Shown here: positions 25,014 to 32,000 of the stretch, piece by piece
How the letters are laid out: the number at the start of each line of letters is the position of its first letter
Position numbering within the stretch: the first letter of the stretch is position 1
Assembly: GCF_000025685.1 (NCBI RefSeq)
Contig: NC_013967.1
Span: 630,001 to 662,000, forward strand
DNA length: 32,000 bases
From: Haloferax volcanii DS2
GTDB lineage: Archaea > Halobacteriota > Halobacteria > Halobacteriales > Haloferacaceae
Reading direction: 5' to 3'
The notes under the pieces: model-generated
Told to the model about the DNA's origin: nothing
What the model saw: only the letters and a program-made list of their open reading frames with translations
Databases searched by the model: none
Program-made: the position numbers and the translations under genes

Positions 25014-25994
25014 ATGAAACGGCCTACCCGCCAGCGGGAGCGTGAGCACGACCGGACTCGATGGGGAGACGAGTCACAGGACGACGAGACATCCGAAGAA
25101 GAGTTGGACCTCGACAACCTCGACCCCGAGGAAGTCGTTCGGACCGGCGACGGCGAGTTGATTCACGAGGAGACCGGCATCATCATCGAAGAAGAGCGCA
25201 TCGACCCCGGCCCGGAGTGGCGGGCGTTCAATCACTCCGAGCGGCAGTCGAAGTCGCGCGTGGGCGCGCCGACCACACAGACGATGCACGACAAGGGGCT
25301 GACGACGACCATCGACTGGAAGGACAAAGACGCCTACGGCCGCTCTATCTCCTCGAAGAAGCGGTCGCAGATGCACCGCCTGCGCAAGTGGCAAGAGCGC
25401 ATCCGGACCAAGGACGCCGGCGAGCGCAACCTCCAGTTCGCCCTCAGCGAAATCGACCGCATGGCCTCGGCGCTCGGCGTCCCCCGGTCGGTCCGGGAAG
25501 TCGCCTCGGTCATCTACCGCCGGGCGCTCAGTGAGGACCTGATTCGCGGCCGCTCCATCGAGGGCGTCGCCACCTCGGCGCTGTACGCCGCCTGTCGGAA
25601 GGAGGGAATTCCCCGTTCCCTCGAAGAGATTTCCGAGGTGTCGCGCGTCGAGCGCAAGGAAATCGGGCGCACGTACCGCTACATCTCCCAAGAACTCGGC
25701 TTGGAGATGCGGCCGGTCGACCCCAAGAAGTACGTGCCGCGATTCTCCTCCGAACTCGACCTCTCGAAGGAGGTCCAGTCGAAGGCCAACGAGATTATCG
25801 AGACGACCGCGGAACAGGGGCTTCTCTCCGGGAAGTCGCCGACCGGCTTCGCCGCCGCCGCCATCTACGCCGCGTCGCTCCTCTGCAACGAAAAGAAGAC
25901 CCAGCGCGAGGTCGCGGAGGTCGCGCAGGTGACGGAGGTCACCATCCGCAACCGCTACCAAGAACAGATCGAAGCGATGGGCATCCACACCTGA
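25014..25994 (+). CDS. tfb: Transcription initiation factor TFB (TFIIB homolog) with a cysteine-less zinc-ribbon region
   Basis: ATG at 25014 gives [20 protein letters not shown]... The B-reader/linker is [36 protein letters not shown]. Two cyclin folds follow ([19 protein letters not shown]..., [32 protein letters not shown]). Confidence 0.9.
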   Translation: MKRPTRQREREHDRTRWGDESQDDETSEEELDLDNLDPEEVVRTGDGELIHEETGIIIEEERIDPGPEWRAFNHSERQSKSRVGAPTTQTMHDKGLTTTIDWKDKDAYGRSISSKKRSQMHRLRKWQERIRTKDAGERNLQFALSEIDRMASALGVPRSVREVASVIYRRALSEDLIRGRSIEGVATSALYAACRKEGIPRSLEEISEVSRVERKEIGRTYRYISQELGLEMRPVDPKKYVPRFSSELDLSKEVQSKANEIIETTAEQGLLSGKSPTGFAAAAIYAASLLCNEKKTQREVAEVAQVTEVTIRNRYQEQIEAMGIHT

Positions 25995-26078
25995 CGGTCG
26001 CCCGCGCGAGTCGCATCCCTTTCTGACCCCGGACCCGTCGCCGAAGGTTCATATCCGCGGGCGACCCACGTCCGGTGA

Positions 26079-27341
26079 ATGCGGCTCGACGAGTACATGG
26101 ACATCGAGCGGGACGAGCGCGCCGAGCGGCGGCGACTCGCCGAGGAGAAGTCCTACGGCATCCTCGACCACCTCGAAACGTTCCAAGACCGGTTCGAGGA
26201 GACGGTGCAGGGGGACTCGCTGTACGGCGGCGTCTCCCCGTCGATTTTCGTCGGTCGGTCGAACTACCCGAACGTCTCGACGGGCATCCTCTCGCCGGTC
26301 GGCCACGACGAGGACGCCGCCTCGTTCGAGACGAGCGCCGCGTGGTACGACGAGGGCGTGAGCATCGACGACGTGTTCCAGCGGCGCACCTCGCTTCTGA
26401 ACTCGAATCGCGGGACGAAGGTGACGAACGTCGCCGACTCGTGGGACGGCTTCCTCGGGACGCAACGCGAGGTCGCCATCGCCGACCGTCCCGTGACGGT
26501 CGAAATCGGCCTCGACGGGAAGCCGTCGCTCGACCTCGACGCCAGCGCCGACGACGTGGCGACCCCCGTCGGCCCGCGCGCCCGCGCCCGGTCGGCCGAC
26601 CTCGCGGAGAACCCGCACGTCCCCAAACTGGTGAAAAAGACGCTCGAAGACGACGACTGGAACGCCGAGGGCGCGATGACGTATCTCTACCGCCGCGGCT
26701 TCGACGTGTACGACATCAACACCATCCTCTCTGCGGGCGCGCTCGGCCAGACCGAACAGCGCCGGCTCGTCCCGACGCGGTGGTCCATCACCGCCGTCGA
26801 CGACACGCTCGGCCAGTACCTCCGCGGGCAGGTCAAACACGCAGAGAGCGTCGACGGCGTCGAAATCTACCGCAACGAGTTCATCGGCAACGCCTTCTGG
26901 GTCATCCTCGCGCCGGGGCGCTGGGAGTTCGAACTCATCGAGCTGAAAGCACCGGGGAGCGTCTGGAACCCCGACCCCGAGGCGGGGATGTACCTCGCGG
27001 CCGACCGCGAGGGCTACGAGGGCCGGACCGGCTACGTGAACGAGACGGCCGGCGCGTACCACGCCTCCCGCCTCGGCGTCCTCGAACACCTCCAAGAGCG
27101 CGGTCGACAGGCGAAGGCGCTCGTCATCAGACACGTCTCCGACGACTACTGGGGGCCGGTCGGCGTCTGGCAGATACGCGAGTCCATCCGCCACGCCTTC
27201 GAGGGCGAAATGGCCGACGCCGAGACGTTCGGTGACGCCGTCCGCGACGTGACGGAGTACCTCCCGGTGTCGCTCGCGGACCTCCGCCGGAAGTCCACGA
27301 TGGCCGCGGGCCTCCAGACCGACATCTTCGACTTCGCCTGA
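26079..27341 (+). CDS. nreA: NreA-type archaeal DNA repair protein with a C-terminal PIP box
   Basis: 420 aa. Motifs are SPSIFVGRSNYPNV, LVPTRWSITAVDD, YWGPVGVWQIRE and the C-terminal LQTDIFDFA (Qxx[ILM]xxF[FAY]). A TATA-like GTTCATATCC lies about 25 nt upstream. Confidence 0.85.
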   Translation: MRLDEYMDIERDERAERRRLAEEKSYGILDHLETFQDRFEETVQGDSLYGGVSPSIFVGRSNYPNVSTGILSPVGHDEDAASFETSAAWYDEGVSIDDVFQRRTSLLNSNRGTKVTNVADSWDGFLGTQREVAIADRPVTVEIGLDGKPSLDLDASADDVATPVGPRARARSADLAENPHVPKLVKKTLEDDDWNAEGAMTYLYRRGFDVYDINTILSAGALGQTEQRRLVPTRWSITAVDDTLGQYLRGQVKHAESVDGVEIYRNEFIGNAFWVILAPGRWEFELIELKAPGSVWNPDPEAGMYLAADREGYEGRTGYVNETAGAYHASRLGVLEHLQERGRQAKALVIRHVSDDYWGPVGVWQIRESIRHAFEGEMADAETFGDAVRDVTEYLPVSLADLRRKSTMAAGLQTDIFDFA

Positions 27342-27376
27342 GCAACTATTTTGACAGTCGGATAATACGTTCTCGC

Positions 27377-27550
27377 ATGGTTCCGTTACAGGTACCCGGC
27401 GGTCCCGAACTGCTCATCATCTTCCTCGTCTACGCCATTTTCGCGCTCCTCCCCGTAATCGCGGCGCTCGTCGCGCTGTATCTGCTGTACAAGATTCGCG
27501 GCGACGTGAAGCGCATCGCGGACGCGCTCGACGCACGAGACGGAGTGTAA
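27377..27550 (+). CDS. 57-aa hydrophobic micro-protein
   Basis: This gene is absent from the track. Hand translation gives MVPLQVPGGPELLIIFLVYAIFALLPVIAALVALYLLYKIRGDVKRIADALDARDGV. A TATA-like ACTATTTTGAC lies about 25 nt upstream. The codon third-position bias fits coding sequence. Confidence 0.55.
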   Translation: MVPLQVPGGPELLIIFLVYAIFALLPVIAALVALYLLYKIRGDVKRIADALDARDGV

Positions 27551-27582
27551 GTCGAGCCACCCGAGGGCGCTCGGTATCTCGC

Positions 27583-28038
27583 CTACGCGTCGGCCGCGTC
27601 GAGGTTGGCGAGCGCCTGCTCGACGAGTTCGCCCGTGTCCGCGATGATGTCGGCCATCTCGTCGTCGTCGGGTGCGATGCCGATGAGTCGGGCGACGCGC
27701 ATGATGCTCAGGTGGTAGACGACCTGCTTACCCGGCTCTTCCTCCCAGATGACCACGTTGCACGGGAACAGCCCGCCCATCTTCTTGTCGGTGGCGTCGA
27801 GCGCGCGGTCCGCCATGTTCGGGTTACACGCGCCGAGGACGTAGTAGGGGTCGCGGCCGGCGTCGACCTTCTCGTTGAGCATCTCGGAGGGCGAAAATTC
27901 GGTGGCGACACCGAACCCGGCGTCGGTGAACGCCTCGCGGACGCGCTCGATTGCCGCCTCGTGTTCCATCTCGAGAACGACGCGTTCCTCGCCGATGTCT
28001 TCCGGTTTGATGGCGCTGGGGTCGATTGGGAGTGCCAT
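27583..28038 (-). CDS. DUF302 domain protein
   Basis: ATG at 28038 gives MALPIDPSAIKPEDIGEERVVLEM... Further motifs are FGVATEFSPSEMLNEK, YYVLGACNP and GGLFPCNVVIWEE. Confidence 0.8.
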   Translation of the reverse strand: MALPIDPSAIKPEDIGEERVVLEMEHEAAIERVREAFTDAGFGVATEFSPSEMLNEKVDAGRDPYYVLGACNPNMADRALDATDKKMGGLFPCNVVIWEEEPGKQVVYHLSIMRVARLIGIAPDDDEMADIIADTGELVEQALANLDAADA

Positions 28039-28117
28039 GACTCCCCGTTGACGCCCCGACGGGGAAAAGCTATGGTAGTGTATCGACTCCACACGAACGC
28101 CTCGTCGCGTCCGCCGC

Positions 28118-28789
28118 TCACAGCGGAATCGGGAGCCACTGGAGCGCCGTGGCGACTCGCTCGGGCGGGAACAGCGGGGGGTGGAGCACGAGCCAGTCCA
28201 AGAGGATGAGGCCGCCGCCGTGGGCGACGATGGAGGGGAGAATCGAGTCGCTCTCGTAGTCGACGAGGCCGAACAGCACGTCCGTCGGGGCCGACAGGAG
28301 AATCTCTATCGGGGGTTTGCCGACGTGGTGAAACGCGTAGAGAATCGGACTGATGAGGGCGCTCTTCCGACCGATTTCTCGGACGCCGACGCAGAGCAGG
28401 CCGCGGTAGTACGTCTCGGCGGCGACGACGACGAGCAGCTGCTGGGCGGCGTGCGGGAGGAAGTCAGCGAGCGCGGTCGAGGTGTGCCACATCGGGTAGT
28501 ACGCCCGAATCGACGGCAGGCTCGACCCGACGAGGTAGAAGGGGAGGACGAACAGCGCGAGCAAAAGCGTGTTTCGGAGCGCCGCGCGGTCGACGTTCCA
28601 GCCGAGGTTTCGGCCGTGGGCGAGCGCGAGCGCTCCGGGTACGAGGATGAACAGGAGGGCGTCGTGGACCGCGCGGTAGGTGAGGTCGCCGGCGGGAAGC
28701 GGCCAGAGGCTCCACGCGGCCCCGACGACGCCCCCGACGATGAGGGCGCGGTAGAGCCACGGGAGGCGGGCGAGCCGGCGGCGTAACAC
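28118..28789 (-). CDS. CPBP-family (CAAX/Abi-like) intramembrane glutamic protease
   Basis: GTG at 28789 gives (M)LRRRLARLPWLYRALIVGG... and retains all the TM helices. Motifs are VVVAAETYYRGLL (E..xxxR), LYAFHHV and IVAHGG. The start is 2 nt after the upstream gene's TAA. The longer track ORF has an Arg-rich, spurious N-terminus. Confidence 0.75.
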   Translation of the reverse strand: MLRRRLARLPWLYRALIVGGVVGAAWSLWPLPAGDLTYRAVHDALLFILVPGALALAHGRNLGWNVDRAALRNTLLLALFVLPFYLVGSSLPSIRAYYPMWHTSTALADFLPHAAQQLLVVVAAETYYRGLLCVGVREIGRKSALISPILYAFHHVGKPPIEILLSAPTDVLFGLVDYESDSILPSIVAHGGGLILLDWLVLHPPLFPPERVATALQWLPIPL

Positions 28790-28791
28790 CG

Positions 28792-29073
28792 TTAGTCCGT
28801 CTGGACCGAGTCGCGGCCGACGATGTCGAACACGTCGTCGACGAAGGCCTGTCGCGTATCGAAGTACGTCTCGTCGGCCTCGGCGAGCACGTCTTCGAGG
28901 CTCTGGGGGCCGTCGGGCGTGCGGATGACCGCGTCGCCTTCTTTGTTCAGGATGCTGCTCTTTTCTTGGGGCCACGTCAGTCGGGAGGCGACGCGCGCGA
29001 GCGGCGCACCTTCGACGGACGCGCCCGTACCGAGTTCGACGGCGGGTGCCTCGTCTGCTTCCTCGTCAGCCAT
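28792..29073 (-). CDS. Small acidic conserved hypothetical protein (I recall it as DUF5789-like)
   Basis: 93 aa: MADEEADEAPAVELGTGASVEG...LTWPQEKSSILNKEGDAVIRTPDGPQSLEDVL... A TATA-like GGATTATCATG lies about 23 nt upstream. Confidence 0.65.
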   Translation of the reverse strand: MADEEADEAPAVELGTGASVEGAPLARVASRLTWPQEKSSILNKEGDAVIRTPDGPQSLEDVLAEADETYFDTRQAFVDDVFDIVGRDSVQTD

Positions 29074-29244
29074 GCGCGAGGGTTAGCCACCGCGCATGAT
29101 AATCCCTTCGAGATTCGCATGCGACCGCGACGCACCGCCGGCGCGCCGACGGGACGACGCGCCGATATCGATAGCCCGCGACGTGTCGAGAAGCAGACAA
29201 TCGTCTGACGCATCGTTTTAGGGGCTGGTTTCGTAGTCGGGGCC

Positions 29245-30234
29245 ATGACCAGTCTTTCGGAGGCGTACCACGGTGGCCGGGGCGGGCCGAGTCTCCGACG
29301 GCTGTCCCTGGGATTCGGGGGGTTCCTCCTCGGCGTGCTGCTCGTCGTCGCGGGCATCGTCGTCGCGACCACCGACGTGTACACGTCCGGCGGGGCGACC
29401 CTCGGCGAAGCGCGCGAACTCGGGGGCATCCTCGGAGGCATCGGCGTTCCCGCCGTCTTCCTCGGCGTCCTCGCGGTCCTCCCCGCGAGCCGTCGAACCC
29501 GTGCCGCGTCGCTCATCGGCGCGAGCATCGCCGTCCTCGGCGTCGCGCTCTTCTCGCACGCGTACCCGTGCCAGTGGACCGGCGCGACCTGCGGGGCCGG
29601 CCTCCCCGACCTCACGCTCGAAACCGTCGCCGTCTACTTCTTCGGCACGGTCACGACGTTCTGGTGTCTGTTCGTCGGCGTCGCCAACTTCAAGACGCGG
29701 AACGACCCCGGCGGCACGGCCACGGTTCAGGTGACGAAGAAGGGAGAAACCCGCGTCGTCGAAGTCGAGAAGTCCGGCGGCGGACTCGGCGGTATCGGTT
29801 TCCTCGGCGGCACGCCCGACGGCGACGTCCAGACGCAGACGAACCAGTCGACCTCGACCGCGAGCGCCGGCGCGACCGACGGCGGCGCGTCGACGCAGGA
29901 CATCACTCCGCTCGACGTCGAACCCTCGGCGTCGCCCTCGTCCGACGGGGCGGACGCAACTCAGTCGGCGGGCTCGGCGGGCGCGGCGACGAACCGCTCC
30001 GGCGTCGACACCGTCCAGTCCACCGAGTCCGCGCGCTCGCCGGCCGGCGCGGCCGACCACCCCGACGCCGACCGCCCGGCGAACGCCACCGTCGGCGACC
30101 GCTACTGCGGCAACTGCACGTACTTCGAGTACGTCCGCACCTCCGACGGGCTCAAGCCCTACTGCGCGGCCCACGACGAGATGATGCAGGACATGGAAGC
30201 CTGCGACGAGTGGTTCCCGCGCCGCCGCGAGTAG
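29245..30234 (+). CDS. Membrane protein with 4 predicted TM helices, a disordered S/T/G/A/D linker and a C-terminal Cys/His-rich module
   Basis: 329 aa. The N-terminal 160 aa are hydrophobic. The linker spans about residues 170-280. The C-terminus reads RYCGNCTYFEYVRTSDGLKPYCAAHDEMMQDMEACDEWF. A TATA-like CGTTTTAGGG lies about 25 nt upstream. Confidence 0.75.
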   Translation: MTSLSEAYHGGRGGPSLRRLSLGFGGFLLGVLLVVAGIVVATTDVYTSGGATLGEARELGGILGGIGVPAVFLGVLAVLPASRRTRAASLIGASIAVLGVALFSHAYPCQWTGATCGAGLPDLTLETVAVYFFGTVTTFWCLFVGVANFKTRNDPGGTATVQVTKKGETRVVEVEKSGGGLGGIGFLGGTPDGDVQTQTNQSTSTASAGATDGGASTQDITPLDVEPSASPSSDGADATQSAGSAGAATNRSGVDTVQSTESARSPAGAADHPDADRPANATVGDRYCGNCTYFEYVRTSDGLKPYCAAHDEMMQDMEACDEWFPRRRE

Positions 30235-30287
30235 TCTGTCGACGACTCTGACGGCCCGTCTGACCCGACCGCCCCGACCGTTTCCGC

Positions 30288-30854
30288 TTACTCTTCCCCG
30301 CCGTCTAACCTCGTTTCCACGTCGCGCCAGTGGCTCCCGCGCCAGAACACCTGCCCGCAGTCCCGACACCGCCACAGCGCCGTCTCCCCCGGGTCGGGCG
30401 CGTAGTCGGGAACCGGCTCGTCGCGGCCGACCGCCTCCACGCGGCCGTTACAGACGCCACACCGCGACGGCTCCTCGTCCAGCGACACCGCGAAGCCGAC
30501 CGATTCGAGTTCGCGGAGTTGCGCGAGTGGTTCCCGCTCGGCGAGGAGGACGTTCCGCGGGGCTCGCTCGGCCAGTCGCACGTCGCGGGTGAGGAGGACG
30601 CGCCCCTCGGCGTCCGCCCGCGCGAGCAGGCTGTCGTCGCCGGGGTCGGTTCGGGGGTCGCGCGCTCCGTCCGCTCCGTCTTCTGTTTCGTCCCCGCCGT
30701 CGAGCGCGTATTCGGCGTCGTAGCCGCACATCCGCAGATACGTGGCGAGTTTGCCGAGCATCACGTCCAGAAGGAGCGCCGTGTCGCCGGGCGCGGCTCG
30801 CTCGACGCCCGAGGCGACCGTGCCGGGGTGGCCGGCTCCAACGTCGTCGGTCAC
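30288..30854 (-). CDS. Mut7-C RNase domain (DUF82) protein: PIN-like nuclease plus C-terminal zinc ribbon
   Basis: GTG at 30854 is the only available start. LLLDVMLGKLATYLRMCGYD is the PIN-like N-terminus, and CGVCNG...WRCRDCGQVFWRGSHW is the zinc ribbon. The start overlaps the polX stop (GTGA). Confidence 0.8.
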   Translation of the reverse strand: MTDDVGAGHPGTVASGVERAAPGDTALLLDVMLGKLATYLRMCGYDAEYALDGGDETEDGADGARDPRTDPGDDSLLARADAEGRVLLTRDVRLAERAPRNVLLAEREPLAQLRELESVGFAVSLDEEPSRCGVCNGRVEAVGRDEPVPDYAPDPGETALWRCRDCGQVFWRGSHWRDVETRLDGGEE

Positions 30855-32000
30855 GCGAGGAAGTCGGACAGTTCCTCGACCGACCGCGCGTTCAGCACGT
30901 CAGCGGTCTCGACCCAGCCGCGACGGGCCGTGTGGACCCCGTAGCGGGCGTGGTCGAGTTCACCCGGTCGGTGGGCGTCGGTGTCGATGGCGACGGTCGC
31001 GCCCGCCTCGACGGCGATTTTGAGCGCCTCGCCGTTCAGGTCGAGGCGATAGGGGCTGGCGTTGAGTTCGAGCGCGACGCCGTGTTCGACGGCGGCCTCC
31101 GCGAGTCGCTCGTAGTCGAGGGGCAGGCCGGGGCGTTGGTTGATGAGTCGGCCGGTCGGGTGGCCGAGGACGTTCACCGCGGGGTGTTCCATCGCGGTGA
31201 CGAGTCGCTCGGTGGCCGTCTCGCGGTCCTGGTCGAGCGCGCTGTGGGGCGAGGCGACGACCACGTCGAGTTGGTCGAGCACGTCGTCGGCGACGGAGAT
31301 GCCGCCCTCGGCGTCGATGTTGGCCTCGACGCCGGTGAACACCGTGATGTCGGCGTCGTCGGCGACGGCGCGGACCTCGGCAATCTGGTCGAGCAGGTCG
31401 TCGTCCGCGACGCCGACGCCGCCGACCATGCCGGGGCCGGTGGCGTGGTCGGTGACGGCGTGGTAGTCGTAGCCGCGTTCCGCCGCGGCCGCGACCATCT
31501 CTGCGATGCTGTTGTCGCCGTCGGACCTGTCGGTGTGGGTGTGGAGGTCGCCGCGGAGGTCGCCCTCCGCGAGGAGGTCCGGCAGGTCGCCGTCGGCGGC
31601 GCGCTCGATTTCGCCGGTGTCCTCGCGTAGCTCCGGCGGGACGAGCGGGAGGTCGAGCGCGGCGTACATCGACGCTTCGGTGTCGCCGGCGACGCGCGTT
31701 CCGGCCCGCGGGCCGTCGTCGGGGTCGTCCACGTCCGAGGTGTCGAACATCCCGTACTCGTTCATCTTGAGGCCGCGGTCGATGGCGATGTTGCGGAGGT
31801 GGACGTTGTGGTCCTTGCTCCCGGTGAAATACTGGAGCGCCGCGCCGTACTCCGAGGGCTCGACGACGCGGAGGTCGACCCGCATCCCGTTCACCCGGAC
31901 GCTCGCCTTCTGCTCGCCCGCCTCGATGGTGTCGCCGACGAGGTCCCACGCGAGGAAGCGGTCGATGACGGCTTCGGCGTCGGCGCTCTCGGCGAGCACG
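30851..32000 (-). CDS. polX: Family X DNA polymerase with a C-terminal PHP domain (N-terminus beyond the window end)
   Basis: The frame is open to the window edge. The Pol X thumb reads ...RVDLRVVEPSEYGAALQYFTGSKDHNVHLR...GLKMNEYG. The PHP motifs are GDLHTHTDRSDG, AVTDH, GVEANI and IDTDAH. Confidence 0.88.
   Translation of the reverse strand, partial: VLAESADAEAVIDRFLAWDLVGDTIEAGEQKASVRVNGMRVDLRVVEPSEYGAALQYFTGSKDHNVHLRNIAIDRGLKMNEYGMFDTSDVDDPDDGPRAGTRVAGDTEASMYAALDLPLVPPELREDTGEIERAADGDLPDLLAEGDLRGDLHTHTDRSDGDNSIAEMVAAAAERGYDYHAVTDHATGPGMVGGVGVADDDLLDQIAEVRAVADDADITVFTGVEANIDAEGGISVADDVLDQLDVVVASPHSALDQDRETATERLVTAMEHPAVNVLGHPTGRLINQRPGLPLDYERLAEAAVEHGVALELNASPYRLDLNGEALKIAVEAGATVAIDTDAHRPGELDHARYGVHTARRGWVETADVLNARSVEELSDFLA

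Overview
This is a GC-rich, tightly packed chromosomal segment with about 38 protein genes and 1 tRNA, and it looks haloarchaeal (class Halobacteria). The proteins are strongly acidic (Asp/Glu-rich). GC3-biased codons create many long spurious Arg/Pro/Ser-rich ORFs in the wrong frames of the six-frame track. TATA-like boxes sit about 22-28 nt upstream of start codons, which fits leaderless mRNAs. Several adjacent genes have 4-nt or 8-nt start/stop overlaps. The content is core housekeeping, not accessory. In order it holds: a GT2 + GtrA + DUF2298/YYY glycosylation cluster; initiator tRNA-Met; a Rieske protein; a pabB-pabA-pabC operon; an acidic HhH protein; aroE; two CaCA antiporters; dtdA; ftsZ1-secE-nusG(spt5); a small C2H2 zinc-finger protein; a PHP protein; a YdjM-like hydrolase; a CinA/PncC domain protein; an ArsA/Get3-like ATPase; an SDR; a rhomboid(AN1)-endonuclease V operon; ppa; padR; rnhA plus its partner; tfb; nreA; DUF302; a CPBP protease; a Cys-rich membrane protein; and a polX-Mut7-C operon. 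I found no CRISPR array, transposase, integrase or rRNA. From memory only, the gene order resembles the ftsZ1 / rhoII / nreA / polX region of the Haloferax volcanii main chromosome; I cannot verify that here. I did not find a convincing defence-island-type novel system. The observations most worth a second look are listed here. (1) aroE is split over three frames by two single-base insertions while its promoter and conservation stay intact. (2) A Gtr-like three-component glycosylation module involves an uncharacterised YYY membrane protein. (3) A forced GTGA overlap couples polX to a Mut7-C/PIN nuclease. (4) A TFB paralog has lost every zinc-ribbon cysteine. (5) A Get3-like ArsA carries a Met/Gly-rich insert. 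(6) A 4-TM protein has a C-terminal Cys/His-rich module. (7) An unexplained structured stretch with tRNA-like fragments lies downstream of tRNA-iMet.
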